The notes: a model not told the origin generated them from the letters alone. Positions 17,139 through 27,988 are shown, numbered from the stretch's first letter. The stretch: 64,000 nt of DNA from an uncultured Candidatus Actinomarina sp. (GCA_902578135.1 CACHBU010000003.1:9001-73000), one strand, 5' to 3'. Made by a program: numbers and translations.

Positions 17139-17662
17139 TCAACTTTCCATTCGGGGTTTCTTTGAAAATTATTTTCGTCAATGCAAGATTTTTCGCAATT
17201 AAATGATCCTATTGATTCTATTACAATTTTCCCAATGGGATTTTTTCCTGTTGAGATTTCATCTGCTGTATGAGAATGTAAGCACTTGATTGACTCTGTA
17301 GCTCCGCCGACACCGCCTGTTGGTAAATGTTCATTTGATAGATCATGAGAGTTCTCTCTTTCTTGCTGATAGCTAATCTGGCGTTTACTCCATTCAGCTT
17401 TAAGGTTTGGATTATTTAAAATTTCATTATCTAATTCAGCTATTAAACCTTGTGATTCTAATGAACCTATTTTTTTGTTATACATTGGACAAGTTAACCA
17501 GTAAGTAGTTGGAAAAGGCGTACCATCATCCAAGTTGGGAGGGACTTTAATTGCTGCTGGCAAATTTAAATGACATCTTGATGAAACAGTAACATTACTT
17601 CTTAAGCTTCTATTAATTTGGGCTTCGACAATCTTTTTGTCTTTATCCACCTTCTTGACCAA
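17132..17662 (-). CDS. DUF501 domain protein
   Basis: PFPTTYWLTCP motif. Conserved actinobacterial position between ftsB and ppx. Confidence 0.75.
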   Translation of the reverse strand: MVKKVDKDKKIVEAQINRSLRSNVTVSSRCHLNLPAAIKVPPNLDDGTPFPTTYWLTCPMYNKKIGSLESQGLIAELDNEILNNPNLKAEWSKRQISYQQERENSHDLSNEHLPTGGVGGATESIKCLHSHTADEISTGKNPIGKIVIESIGSFNCEKSCIDENNFQRNPEWKVEW

Positions 17663-18035
17663 CTATAAATTCAACAACATATTCAAAAACAGATTTAGAT
17701 CTATCACTGTTCATTACTTCTTCTATTGGAGTGACCGGTTCCGGGATATCGTAAACATAAAGTATCTCTCCCTCTTTACCGTATCCTCTCTCTCTTAAAA
17801 CAAGTTCTAGCTTGTCTGGATCATCTAAATCTGAGATTTGTCTATTCCATTCCTCAATTTGATTTTCAATAACTTGCTTTTCTAACTTACTGTTTTCTAT
17901 TGCCTTTTCTAAATCTTTATATGAGTTGTAGGTTGTTTGAACATTATCGAAAAAAAAGATTAGAAAAGAGACGACAAAAGCAATGACTAAAATACGTGTA
18001 AGTACGTTATTCCCTGTTTTTTTTAAAGTTCCCAT
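17643..18035 (-). CDS. ftsB: Septum formation initiator (FtsB/DivIC family)
   Basis: 130 aa with a single N-terminal TM helix and a coiled coil. Lies immediately downstream of eno. Confidence 0.7.
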   Translation of the reverse strand: MGTLKKTGNNVLTRILVIAFVVSFLIFFFDNVQTTYNSYKDLEKAIENSKLEKQVIENQIEEWNRQISDLDDPDKLELVLRERGYGKEGEILYVYDIPEPVTPIEEVMNSDRSKSVFEYVVEFIVGQEGG

Positions 18036-19291
18036 TTTTTATTATTTAAATTCTCAAATCCAACTTGTTCTGCGATTCTTAAAAGTTCATTGTATTTTGC
18101 TGTTCTCTCTCCTCTTGCAGGTGCACCCGTTTTGATTTGCCCACTTGAGGTTCCAACTACTAAGTGACTAATAAATGAATCCTCCGTTTCTCCAGATCGG
18201 TGGGATACCATGCTTGTATAATTGTTCTTATTTGCAAGTTTCATAGTTTTAATAGTCTCTGTAACACTCCCAACTTGATTAACCTTTATCAAGATTGAAT
18301 TTGCACATTTTTCATCAATTCCTTTTTGTAAAATTTTCTCTTGGGTGACAAAAAGATCGTCGCCAACTAGTTGTACGTTTTCACCAATTTTTGATGTCAA
18401 ATACTTCCAGCCTTCCCAATCGTCTTCAGCTAAACCATCTTCTATAGATACAATCGGATATAAATTAGACAATTCAATTAAATAATCTGACATTTCAGTA
18501 TTTGATAGAGCATTTCCTTCAATAAGGTAGCTTCCATCATTAAAAAACTCTGAAGATGCTGCATCAAGAGCAAGGGAGATTTGTTCTCCAGGCTTGTAAC
18601 CTGATTCTGCAATTGACATCATTATTTCATCTAAAACTTCTTTACTCGATGAAAAGTTTGGAGCAAAACCACCCTCATCGCCAACATTTGTAGCTAATCC
18701 GTTATCTTTGAGTCTTTTTTTAAGAGTATGATAAACTTCAACGCCAGATCTAAGTGCATCGTTAAATTTTTCAAAACCATGAGGTACGATCATAAATTCT
18801 TGAATATCAACTGAATTATCAGCATGTGCGCCACCATTTAAAATATTCATAAATGGAACTGGAAGGGATGGGTCTCCATAAATATTTGGTATTAATTCAT
18901 ATACATATTTTTGAACTGATTTGCTATGAGCAACTATATTTGCCATTGAAACTGCAAGTATTGAATTAGCACCAAGACTACTTTTATTTGGTGTTTCATC
19001 AAGTTGAATTAAAGTAGAGTCTATATTTTCTTGATCTGCAGCATCTTGCCCAATTAATGCCTTCGAGATAACTTTATTAACATTTTCTACTGCCTTAGTG
19101 ACTCCTTTTCCGTTAAACTCTTTTGAATTATCTCTTAATTCATGCGCTTCAAGAGTGCCTGTTGAGGCACCCGAAGGGACAGCAGCTCTTCCCCATGAGC
19201 CATCATCCAAAGTAATTTCAGCTTCAACTGTAGGATTAGCTCTTGAATCTAGGACATACCTAGCGAAAACGTTAGTAATTTTATTATTCAT
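18023..19291 (-). CDS. eno: Enolase
   Basis: Full-length match to enolase: SRANPTVEAE, SHRSGETED, IKTGAPARGERTAKYN. Confidence 0.97.
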   Translation of the reverse strand: MNNKITNVFARYVLDSRANPTVEAEITLDDGSWGRAAVPSGASTGTLEAHELRDNSKEFNGKGVTKAVENVNKVISKALIGQDAADQENIDSTLIQLDETPNKSSLGANSILAVSMANIVAHSKSVQKYVYELIPNIYGDPSLPVPFMNILNGGAHADNSVDIQEFMIVPHGFEKFNDALRSGVEVYHTLKKRLKDNGLATNVGDEGGFAPNFSSSKEVLDEIMMSIAESGYKPGEQISLALDAASSEFFNDGSYLIEGNALSNTEMSDYLIELSNLYPIVSIEDGLAEDDWEGWKYLTSKIGENVQLVGDDLFVTQEKILQKGIDEKCANSILIKVNQVGSVTETIKTMKLANKNNYTSMVSHRSGETEDSFISHLVVGTSSGQIKTGAPARGERTAKYNELLRIAEQVGFENLNNKKWEL

Positions 19292-19331
19292 AACCCTGTT
19301 ACTTAAAATTTAGCAGAAAAAGGATAGTTTG

Positions 19332-20078
19332 TTACTTTAATTGACTTTTCTTAGCTTCTTCCCAAAGTTTTTCTATATCAATACTTGGGTCTGCATTCTT
19401 TTCAACATATTTTGCACGCTCAATAAATCTCTGAGTTGATTTATTAAGTTGTATTTCTGGATCTGCCTCAAGATATCTGCAGATATTTACCACTGAAAAT
19501 AAAATATCTCCTATTTCACTTTTTCTATCTTCATCATTTTTTGCATCTTTTAATTCTTCTACTTCAGATAATAAATCCAATAATGCTTCTTGGTAGTTTG
19601 TGTACGTTAAATCTAGTTTTTTTGCTTTACGCTGTGTTTTAAATGCTTTGGTTATAGATGGTAATTTTTGATCAATATCATCAAATATGGAGTCTGAGGT
19701 TTCCTGCTTTTTTATTTCTTCCCATTGCTTTTCAACATCTTCAGCACTGTCTAATTCTACGTCCCCATAAACATGTGGATGTCGTTTAATAAGTTTTTCC
19801 TGTAAGTTAGTAACTACATCTACAATTGAAAAATATTTGTTTTCCTCTGCAATTTTTGAATGTAAAAGGATTTGTAATAATAAATCACCTAACTCTTCAT
19901 TCAACATATCGTGATTCTCAGGATTAGTTTGCATAGCTGCAAGTGCATCAAGAAGTTCATATGCTTCCTCAATTAAATGCTTTGCCAAAGATTCGTGAGT
20001 CTGCTCTCTATCCCACGGACATTCTTTTCGCAATCGTGAAATAATATCAACTAAATCATCGAATTCTTTCATAATCAA
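19332..20078 (-). CDS. mazG: MazG nucleoside triphosphate pyrophosphohydrolase
   Basis: Tandem MazG domains (EEAYELLDA, ELGDLLLQ, EIGDILFSV). Lies downstream of mfd with a 4-nt overlap. Confidence 0.85.
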   Translation of the reverse strand: MIMKEFDDLVDIISRLRKECPWDREQTHESLAKHLIEEAYELLDALAAMQTNPENHDMLNEELGDLLLQILLHSKIAEENKYFSIVDVVTNLQEKLIKRHPHVYGDVELDSAEDVEKQWEEIKKQETSDSIFDDIDQKLPSITKAFKTQRKAKKLDLTYTNYQEALLDLLSEVEELKDAKNDEDRKSEIGDILFSVVNICRYLEADPEIQLNKSTQRFIERAKYVEKNADPSIDIEKLWEEAKKSQLK

Positions 20079-23000
20079 AGAATACTATCTAATAATTCGT
20101 AGGTGCTTTCAGGAGTTAAAGAGTGTTGAAAATTTAATACCAAACGTTTGTTTCTAAAAATAAACCTTTTATCAAATTTTTCGATTGAAAGTTTAAGATC
20201 CTCAGTCAAATCAACAGGAAATAATTCAACTTGAAATTCTCTAATTTTGCACCTTAGTATTTCTTTTGTTTGTAATATTGATCTGATTTTTGCAGTTGAA
20301 AACAAGTTATCAGTAATCTCTGGAACATTTCCAAACCTATCAATAATCTCATTTTTAATCTCATCAACTTTATTAGGTTCAGAATGTTCAAGTCTTTTGT
20401 AAATATCTATTCTTTCAGAATCAGCATCAATGTAACTCTTGGGTATTGAAGAACCCCAGTAGCAATCTAATTTAATTTCTGTTTCTAAAATACTACTTTT
20501 ATCTTCACTCTTGCCCTCTATAGAATCTATGACATATTTATTGAAAATATTTAAGCCAACATTGGCAATAAAACCAGACTGTATATCTCCAAGAATGCTT
20601 CCTGATCCACGCAACTGTAAATCTTTCATTGCTAGAGAATATCCTGTTGACGTCTGCCCTATGGACTTTATTGCATCAAGTCTTAATTCTGCATCAACGC
20701 CTAAATTTGTGTTATGAAAAAAGTAAGCAAAACTCTGTTCTCTTCTTCTTCCTACTCTACCTTTCAATTGATACAGTTGAGACATTCCCAAGAGCTCAGA
20801 CCTTAAAGTAATTAAAGTATTTACTTTAGGTAGATCTATTCCTGCTTCAACAATGGTTGTAGCAAATAAAACATCCACCTTTTTATCCCATACATCCTGC
20901 ATTGTTTGTTCAATCTGATTAGTTGCCAACTGTCCATGTAAAAGTCTGTGATTTAAATTTGGAAACACCTCCTGAATTTTTTTCATCCAAACCTGCAATT
21001 CTTCAATTCGGTTCAACACAAAAAAGACCTGTCCACCCCTAGAAATTTCACGTTGAATAGCAAGTGCGATAGTTGACTCATCAATATTTCCAACATGTGT
21101 AAGTGTCTCTAAACGATTTTCAGGTGGCGTTTCAATTCGAGATGTTTCTCTAATTCCCATTAGTGACTGTTCGAGTGTCCTTGGTATTGGTGTTGCTGTC
21201 AGAGTGAGCTTATGAACCTGATTAGAGAGTGACTGAAGTCTATCTTTATCTTCTACACCAAACCTATGTTCTTCATCAATAATCAACAATTTGAGATTTT
21301 GAAATTCAATATCATCACTTAAAATCCTATGAGTTCCTATGAGAATATCTACAGAGCCATCTTTGACTCCTTCAACAATGTTTTGTACTTCTTTTTTTGT
21401 AACGAATCTACTTAAGTGTTTTATATTGAGTGGATAATCTTTTAAGCGATCTACAAAAGTATCAATGTGTTGTTGAACAAGAATTGTAGTTGGAGCTAAT
21501 AATGCAACTTGGCCTCCTGAAAAAGCAACTTTAATTGCAGCTCTTAATGCAACCTCAGTCTTGCCAAATCCAACATCGCCAAAAATTAGACGATCCATTG
21601 GTATATTTTTTTCTAGATCTTTTTTAACATCGTTGATGGCAGTCAATTGATCTGGTGTTTCAATATACTCAAAAATATTTTCTATTTCATTTTGCCAAGG
21701 GGTATCCTCACCAATGATTAATGAGTCGTTTCTTATATTTCGTAATTTGTATAAATTCAAGACTCTATCTGCAATTATCTTTGCATTTTGCTTGGCTTTT
21801 TCTTTTGCTCTTTCCCATTCTGCACCACCAAGATGAGATAGCCTAGGGTTCTCTCCTCCAATATAAACTTCAAGCTCATTAATTTGTTCTGATGGTACAA
21901 AAAGCTTATCAGTACCAGCAAATTTAATCTCTAGATAGTCTTTCTCAACTCCTTTTATCTTTTTTACAACTGTGCCTTCATATAATCCAATTCCATGAAA
22001 ATTGTGAACAATATAAGTATTTGGAACAAGAATTGCTTCTTCACTAATCTTTTTTGTCTTTCTTTTAGATTTAATCATTTTTCTTTTTTGAAAAAGCGAT
22101 TCATCAATAATGGCTATATTTAGGTCTTTAAAAGATGCAGAAAATGAAAATGGATTATCAACGGTGATTACATTGGAAAGCATTGAAAACTTTTCTGTTA
22201 TAACTTTGTTTTTTGTTGAGAGATAAATTTTTCCTATTTCCTTTAGAGAATCAATAATATTTTCTGTGTTGATTGAGTCTAAATAATTCGGAAGATTTTC
22301 TAGGTTTATTAAATCTGATGTTGAATAGAAATTAATATCATACTCACCAAAATATTGAGAGATATCTTTGTAACGTGACTTAAAATTTCTGATTTCTAAT
22401 GAGAAATATTGTTTAAGATTTTCAAAGGTATCCTTTTCGATATCAATAATTTCCTTAAGTTGATTATCTACTATATTTTTATCAACAATGTGTATAGCGA
22501 CATTGTTTGTTAAGTCTAGAAGACACTTCTCTACATCTAGATTTTGGGAGTATTGGAACAATTCGTAATCATCTAAATTTTCTTTTTTGTTAGAAGATAA
22601 GTTTAAAATATCTGACTGTTGTATTTGAAACAGTTCAGTTGCCGGCACTATGAGGATATCTTTCTTTTCACTAACAGATCGTTGTGAAATTGTATCAAAA
22701 GTTTTTATTTCATTAACTAAATCTCCATCAAAAATCACCCGAAGGGGTAAATCGTAATTGATTGGGAAAACATCTAATTGTCCTCCTCTAATCGCAAAAC
22801 TTCCCTTTGATTCAACTCTATCTTTTCTTTGATACTTTAGATGAATAAGATTCTCAATTAATAAATCAAAATCAATTTCTTCATTTAATGAAATTTTACA
22901 AATTTCTAATTCTTCAAAATATATTCTTTGAGATATTGCCTTAATGCTAGTTGCAATATTGTAGGTATCAGTTGTGAGTAGTAGGTGTGCAATTTCTAAT

Positions 23001-23221
23001 CTTTTTCCCTGTATGTCGAGAGATGGAGCAAAAGAATCATAAGAAAGAGTATCCCATGAAGGCAAATGATATATGTTTTTGTTTAAATTAGAAAAATCTG
23101 TAGAAAACTCAATAGCCTCTTTATCGGTTGGGAAAATGATAATATTTTTATTCGATTTAATGTTTAAAGCTAATAAAGGGACAAGAGACTCTTTAGAGGT
23201 TTTAAAAGATTCTAAATTCAT
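20075..23221 (-). CDS. mfd: Transcription-repair coupling factor Mfd
   Basis: 1048 aa. Helicase motifs GDVGFGKTEVA, DEEHRFGV and TATPIPRT, plus a C-terminal TRCF domain. Confidence 0.95.
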   Translation of the reverse strand: MNLESFKTSKESLVPLLALNIKSNKNIIIFPTDKEAIEFSTDFSNLNKNIYHLPSWDTLSYDSFAPSLDIQGKRLEIAHLLLTTDTYNIATSIKAISQRIYFEELEICKISLNEEIDFDLLIENLIHLKYQRKDRVESKGSFAIRGGQLDVFPINYDLPLRVIFDGDLVNEIKTFDTISQRSVSEKKDILIVPATELFQIQQSDILNLSSNKKENLDDYELFQYSQNLDVEKCLLDLTNNVAIHIVDKNIVDNQLKEIIDIEKDTFENLKQYFSLEIRNFKSRYKDISQYFGEYDINFYSTSDLINLENLPNYLDSINTENIIDSLKEIGKIYLSTKNKVITEKFSMLSNVITVDNPFSFSASFKDLNIAIIDESLFQKRKMIKSKRKTKKISEEAILVPNTYIVHNFHGIGLYEGTVVKKIKGVEKDYLEIKFAGTDKLFVPSEQINELEVYIGGENPRLSHLGGAEWERAKEKAKQNAKIIADRVLNLYKLRNIRNDSLIIGEDTPWQNEIENIFEYIETPDQLTAINDVKKDLEKNIPMDRLIFGDVGFGKTEVALRAAIKVAFSGGQVALLAPTTILVQQHIDTFVDRLKDYPLNIKHLSRFVTKKEVQNIVEGVKDGSVDILIGTHRILSDDIEFQNLKLLIIDEEHRFGVEDKDRLQSLSNQVHKLTLTATPIPRTLEQSLMGIRETSRIETPPENRLETLTHVGNIDESTIALAIQREISRGGQVFFVLNRIEELQVWMKKIQEVFPNLNHRLLHGQLATNQIEQTMQDVWDKKVDVLFATTIVEAGIDLPKVNTLITLRSELLGMSQLYQLKGRVGRRREQSFAYFFHNTNLGVDAELRLDAIKSIGQTSTGYSLAMKDLQLRGSGSILGDIQSGFIANVGLNIFNKYVIDSIEGKSEDKSSILETEIKLDCYWGSSIPKSYIDADSERIDIYKRLEHSEPNKVDEIKNEIIDRFGNVPEITDNLFSTAKIRSILQTKEILRCKIREFQVELFPVDLTEDLKLSIEKFDKRFIFRNKRLVLNFQHSLTPESTYELLDSIL

Positions 23222-23224
23222 AAA

Positions 23225-24220
23225 TTAAATTTTTGATAATGAAATATAATTTTCATCAATCAGCCAATTGATTGTCTTTTTAATGAACTCATCCAAACTG
23301 GTATATTGAATATTTAACTTTTCTTTAGCTTTTAAACCTTCATATTTATGTCCATGCGTAAGAACTCTTGCAGACTCTGAACAAAGAAGAGGTGTGTTGT
23401 TTGAGATTAATTTATAAATATCCCCAAGTGGTGCAATTACTTTTAATAAAACTTTTGGAATATATAGTGGTCTTCCATTCCAAGATGAAATAGTTGTTAA
23501 TTTATTAACTAAATCTTGACTCGATGTTTGAAAACTATTCAGGACATATCTTTCATTATTTTCACCAAACTCTAGGGCGTTATAATGTCCAGAAGTACAA
23601 TCATCAATATCAACAATTGAGATATTATTTCGTATCAGTGGAGGATAAGTTTTTGATAGTGTTGAAATCAATAACTTAGCAGTGCCAGAAACTCTTCCAG
23701 GTCCTTGAACTGAAGATGGATTGACTGAAACAAACTCAAAATTTTTTTCAAAATTAAAGGCCTCTTTTTCAGCTAAAAATTTTGACTCCTCATATTTGCT
23801 TAGATAATAACCTCTATGAGTTGAAGATTCGTTTCCGATACTGCCCAGATCCTCACCAAGCGTTACTGCAGAAGATGTATAAACAAATTTAGAAATTCCT
23901 AATTGATTACCTAAATTTAAAATATTTTTAGTTCCATCAATGTTTGCATCAAACATATATTTTGGATTTTTTGAACACATTTTATTTACTCCAGCAACAT
24001 GAAATATTGCATCAATATTTATATTTTTAAATTGATTAATAAGATTTGAAGTCAAAATATTTCCACTGATAACAAATGCACCCTTAGATTCTAAAATTTT
24101 TTTATTCTCCTCAGATCTACTTAATGCGTAAACGTTGTGACCATTTTCAATTAATTTTTTAAGAAGCGGCTTACCCACAACTCCTGTTGAGCCAGTAATA
24201 AATATATTTTTATATTTCAT
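23225..24220 (-). CDS. NAD-dependent epimerase/dehydratase family (extended SDR)
   Basis: GSTGVVG Rossmann motif and YLSKYEESK (YxxxK). Confidence 0.75.
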   Translation of the reverse strand: MKYKNIFITGSTGVVGKPLLKKLIENGHNVYALSRSEENKKILESKGAFVISGNILTSNLINQFKNINIDAIFHVAGVNKMCSKNPKYMFDANIDGTKNILNLGNQLGISKFVYTSSAVTLGEDLGSIGNESSTHRGYYLSKYEESKFLAEKEAFNFEKNFEFVSVNPSSVQGPGRVSGTAKLLISTLSKTYPPLIRNNISIVDIDDCTSGHYNALEFGENNERYVLNSFQTSSQDLVNKLTTISSWNGRPLYIPKVLLKVIAPLGDIYKLISNNTPLLCSESARVLTHGHKYEGLKAKEKLNIQYTSLDEFIKKTINWLIDENYISLSKI

Positions 24221-24759
24221 TTTGATTGTTTCAAATAACCTAAAAGATACTGATATCCTGAAATATAAGAAAATATTAGAGCATGTAGTACAAATAAGTC
24301 TGCGATACTAAAACTTAGAATACTTAATGAAAAATCCATCATTACAAATCCTATTGCCCAAAACTGTAAACTTGCTTTAGCTTTTCCAAACTTACTTGGA
24401 GGAATCATAATCCCTTCATTCCCAGCTAGTCCTCTCAGGCCAGTAATAATAAATTCTCTAGCAATTAATAATGTTGTAATCCAGATACTTACTCTGTCGA
24501 TATAGGTAAAGCCTATAAAAATAAAAGTTATGAATATTTTGTCAGCAATGGTATCGAGAAATGCCCCCATTTTTGATGTGACGTTCCACTTTCTAGCAAG
24601 ACGTCCATCAAAAAAATCTGTCCATGCAGCTATAAATGCAATTATTGCTGGGATTAACATCAGTCCTTCACTAGAACCGTCTAAAAGTAATAAATATAAA
24701 ATGACTGGTGCAGAAAATATTCTAAAAAGTGCTAATCCATCTGGTATATACTGTTTCAT
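24217..24759 (-). CDS. pgsA: CDP-alcohol phosphatidyltransferase (PgsA-like)
   Basis: DFFDGRLARKWNVTSKMGAFLDTIADK matches D-x2-DG-x2-AR-x8-G-x3-D-x3-D. Confidence 0.8.
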   Translation of the reverse strand: MKQYIPDGLALFRIFSAPVILYLLLLDGSSEGLMLIPAIIAFIAAWTDFFDGRLARKWNVTSKMGAFLDTIADKIFITFIFIGFTYIDRVSIWITTLLIAREFIITGLRGLAGNEGIMIPPSKFGKAKASLQFWAIGFVMMDFSLSILSFSIADLFVLHALIFSYISGYQYLLGYLKQSK

Positions 24760-25358
24760 TAAATCACATCAATTATTCTTCGCTCAGAAGCTGCTTTCAC
24801 AGCAGATTCTCTATCATTTAAAAACGTTCCAATAATATCTACAGAATCTTCTATCAAAAATTCAACTTCTTCTTCCTCATTATTATAAAACCTAGATAAA
24901 ACGAAATCTGCAGGGTTAACTTCTTTAGGGGGTCTACCAACTCCAACTTTTAATCTAAAATATTCATTAGATTGCAAGTAAGAATTTATAGACTTAATTC
25001 CGTTGTGTCCTCCATCAGAACTTCCACTTTTTAAACGCAATCTACCAAAACCAAGATCTATATCATCGTGAATCACTAATATATTTGAAGCTTCAACATT
25101 ATTGTATTTTAAATAAGCTTTGAGAGCCTCTCCAGAGTTATTCATGGAAACCATTGGAAAGATTATATCTACATCTGAATTTTCAAAAGATATTTGACCA
25201 ATCTTAAAACTACCTGATTTGTCTAATTTCACTTCTATAGAATTTTTGATACAGAACTTTTCTAGAATATCTGCACCAATATTGTGTCTTGTTTTTAAGT
25301 ATTTTGATTGAGGATTCCAGAGACCAACTAAGAGAGTTTTATTATTCTCCAGATTCAT
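24759..25358 (-). CDS. pth: Peptidyl-tRNA hydrolase
   Basis: LLVGLWNPQSKYLKTRHNIG and GHNGIKS motifs. I prefer the internal Met at 25358. The longest ORF (to 25466) adds a Lys-rich extension that overlaps the rplY 3' end. Confidence 0.85.
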   Translation of the reverse strand: MNLENNKTLLVGLWNPQSKYLKTRHNIGADILEKFCIKNSIEVKLDKSGSFKIGQISFENSDVDIIFPMVSMNNSGEALKAYLKYNNVEASNILVIHDDIDLGFGRLRLKSGSSDGGHNGIKSINSYLQSNEYFRLKVGVGRPPKEVNPADFVLSRFYNNEEEEVEFLIEDSVDIIGTFLNDRESAVKAASERRIIDVI

Positions 25359-26028
25359 CTGAGGACTCTTCCTCAACAGCTTCTTCAGAAGATTCACCTT
25401 CGGCTCCCTCTTCGCCTTCTTCACCCTCTTCGCCTTCAAGACCTTCAATGTCTTCTTCCTCTTCAATTGCAGCTCTTGGAAGCGTTATGGTTACCAAAAT
25501 TGATTCATCGTCTTCTGACGCTAGTTCTACTCCATCTGGTAACTCAACATCAGTGGCAGTTGCATTTTCACCAACATTTAATTCTGAAATATCTAAATCT
25601 AATGAAGAAGGGATGCTTGTTGGCAATGTTGAAATAGTTATCGTTGCGTTAACGGTTTGTACTAAGCCACCTTCTTCTTTTACTCCAATAGGTGTGCCAA
25701 TAAAATTAATCTGAACATCTGCTTCAACTGTTTTTGTAAGATCAATTTGAATGAGATCTACATGCAAAAATTCATTTCTATACGGATGTTTTTGAATCTC
25801 TCTCGCTAAAGCTGTATATTTCTTTTTTCCAACTTCTAAATTTAAAATAGTGTTTGCACCAGTTTCACTTCTAAGAGCGTTATTAAATTCTCTTGCATCT
25901 AAAACTACAGAAACTGGATCCATACCCATACCATAAATAACTGCTGGTAATGAACCATCATTTCTTAATCTTCTTGATTCAGAAGAGCCAATGCGTTCTC
26001 TTAAACTTGCTTTTAAGTTTGCTTCCAT
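25342..26028 (-). CDS. rplY: 50S ribosomal protein L25/Ctc with acidic C-terminal tail
   Basis: L25/Ctc N-terminal and beta-barrel domains (LPAVIYG...) followed by a ~45-aa E/G/S-rich tail. Confidence 0.9.
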   Translation of the reverse strand: MEANLKASLRERIGSSESRRLRNDGSLPAVIYGMGMDPVSVVLDAREFNNALRSETGANTILNLEVGKKKYTALAREIQKHPYRNEFLHVDLIQIDLTKTVEADVQINFIGTPIGVKEEGGLVQTVNATITISTLPTSIPSSLDLDISELNVGENATATDVELPDGVELASEDDESILVTITLPRAAIEEEEDIEGLEGEEGEEGEEGAEGESSEEAVEEESSDESGE

Positions 26029-26085
26029 ATTTATCCTTACGAATTATATAGAGTAATAAATTTTATTTGCTACTCAAAGCAGTAT

Positions 26086-26883
26086 TTATGCTTTTTCTGT
26101 AGCCTTTCGAGCTGAAATAACCGCAAGTGTAAGGGTTAGTGCAGCAAATAATCCAGCAGAAAGATAGCCTCTGAATAAAACATCAAGTTCCCATCCATCA
26201 ACCATAACTGCTCTCATTGCTTCAATAACATATGTTGTTGGGTTATATGCTGCAGCAGTTTCAAGCCAACCTTTTAGTGCTTCTCGTGGAACAAATGTTG
26301 GTGCAAGAAAAATAGCAGGAAAAAATAAAAAAGTAGCTGCTTGTGCTCCCTGTGATGAGCCAGATTTAACACCTGCTGCTACTGAATATCCGGCAAAGCC
26401 CATTCCCCAGATAAAGGCAATTGACAGAACTACCAAAAATCCAATATTGCCAACAGCAGGATCTGCACCAATTATTATTCCAATAAATAAAATAAGACCT
26501 GATTGCAATAACACTCGCAAGGCACCTACATTCATTGGTGCCAAAATAATAGCCCATCTTGAGATTGGCATACTCTGATAACGTTTAAAAACACCAGATT
26601 CAATATCTTCTACCAAATAAATTCCTGATGCTGCCCCACTCAAGGAGGCTGAAACTATTGAAACTGGGAGAATAAAATTTATAAAGTTTCCTTTAGCAAA
26701 ATCAAAAGGTGTTCCGCTAGCAGTACCACCAAAAACACCCCCTAAGGCGCCGTCATATACAAATAAGAAAAATGCTGAAATAATTAAATTTGGTAATTCA
26801 GCAAGTGGTCTTCTTACAACTCTCAAAACCATTCGTTTTGTCAGAATTTGTAGCTGAACTAAAAAAGACCTATTTGATTTCAT
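26086..26883 (-). CDS. ABC-2 type transporter permease
   Basis: 265 aa, 6 TM. Its start overlaps the stop of the upstream ATPase gene by 1 nt. Confidence 0.8.
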   Translation of the reverse strand: MKSNRSFLVQLQILTKRMVLRVVRRPLAELPNLIISAFFLFVYDGALGGVFGGTASGTPFDFAKGNFINFILPVSIVSASLSGAASGIYLVEDIESGVFKRYQSMPISRWAIILAPMNVGALRVLLQSGLILFIGIIIGADPAVGNIGFLVVLSIAFIWGMGFAGYSVAAGVKSGSSQGAQAATFLFFPAIFLAPTFVPREALKGWLETAAAYNPTTYVIEAMRAVMVDGWELDVLFRGYLSAGLFAALTLTLAVISARKATEKA

Positions 26884-27854
26884 TATCTCTTACTCTTTTC
26901 TTCTTCGTTTGTAATGTCTTCAGAACCTTCTAGTCTATATCCAGTTACTTCGAGAAAAACATCGTCTAACGTAGGTTTGTTCGCTGAAACTGAACTTACT
27001 TCCACTCCATTACTACCAAGGTCTTTTAGATATCCAGGAATTTTTGACGCCCCATCCTCAACTGTGATTCTTAATTCATTTTTTTCTTGAACTGTATTTT
27101 TTAGTATATTTTTTGCATTTTCTAAATCATTATTATTTTCAAATGCAAAAGTTATTACATCACCACCTATTCCTGCTTTTAATTCATCTGATGTTCCCTC
27201 TGCAACAACCAAGCCCTCATCGATGATTGCAATCCTATCTGCTAACTCATCAGCTTCTTCAAGATACTGTGTTGTAAGAATAATTGTTACTCCATTATCA
27301 CGAAGTCTTTTAATTTCATCCCATAAAACTCTTCTAGATCCAGGATCTAAGCCTGTTGTTGGTTCATCTAAAAATAGAATTTCGGGAGAGTGAACTAAAC
27401 TTAAGCCAAGGTCTAACCTACGTTTCATACCACCGGAATAAGTTTTTACTCTTCTGTCAGCAGCTTCAATTAAGCCAACCAGTTCTAAAAGCTCTGTTGT
27501 TCTCTTTTCAGAATCTTTATTTGAATATCCCCAAAGTCTGCATGTTGTAAAAAATAATTCTCTGCCAGTTAACAAATTATCTATACCAGTATCTTGAAGG
27601 GCTACACCAATTTTCTCTCTAACTTCTTTATCTTTAGAGGAAACATCTAGTCCTAAAATAGATGCGCTTCCTTCTGTAATGCTTAGTAAAGTTGTAAGCA
27701 TCAATATTGTTGTAGACTTACCAGCCCCGTTAGGACCAAGTAGCCCAAAGATTTCGCCTTGTTTTACTTGAAAACTAACATCTTTTACAGCTTCAACATA
27801 GTCCTGCTTGCTCACAAAAGTTTTCTTAATATTTTTAACGTCAACTGCTAACAT
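26883..27854 (-). CDS. ABC transporter ATP-binding protein (DrrA/ABC-2 type)
   Basis: GPNGAGKST, YSGGMKRRLDL, LFLDEPTTGLD. Confidence 0.9.
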   Translation of the reverse strand: MLAVDVKNIKKTFVSKQDYVEAVKDVSFQVKQGEIFGLLGPNGAGKSTTILMLTTLLSITEGSASILGLDVSSKDKEVREKIGVALQDTGIDNLLTGRELFFTTCRLWGYSNKDSEKRTTELLELVGLIEAADRRVKTYSGGMKRRLDLGLSLVHSPEILFLDEPTTGLDPGSRRVLWDEIKRLRDNGVTIILTTQYLEEADELADRIAIIDEGLVVAEGTSDELKAGIGGDVITFAFENNNDLENAKNILKNTVQEKNELRITVEDGASKIPGYLKDLGSNGVEVSSVSANKPTLDDVFLEVTGYRLEGSEDITNEEEKSKR

Positions 27855-27907
27855 AATGTACCTATAAGCCGAAATCTATTTGATACTAATGTTATCAGAA
27901 TTTAACT

Positions 27908-27980
27908 GGCCTCGTAGCTCAGGGGATAGAGCACAGGTTTCCTAAACCTGGTGTCGCAGGTTCGAATCCTGCCGAGGCCG
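27908..27980 (+). tRNA. tRNA-Arg (anticodon CCU)
   Basis: Cloverleaf: acceptor GGCCTCG/CGAGGCC, D-arm GCTC/GAGC, anticodon stem CAGGT/ACCTG with loop TTCCTAA, T-arm GCAGG-TTCGAAT-CCTGC. Confidence 0.9.
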
Positions 27981-27988
27981 CAATGAAA

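Noticed and set aside
25406-25441. Tandem 18-bp duplication (CCCTCTTCGCCTTC...) inside the L25 tail.
   Set aside because: It simply encodes repeated EEGEEG units of a low-complexity acidic tail. It may vary in length between strains, but it is not an independent element.
25289-25714. 141-aa Ser/Pro-rich plus-strand ORF, and the Lys-rich 36-aa N-terminal extension of the longest pth ORF (25359-25466).
   Set aside because: Both are alternative-frame or antisense readings of the GAA/GGN-rich sequence that encodes the acidic tail of L25/Ctc. An internal Met at 25358 gives a normal-length Pth. The low-complexity composition explains the open frames.
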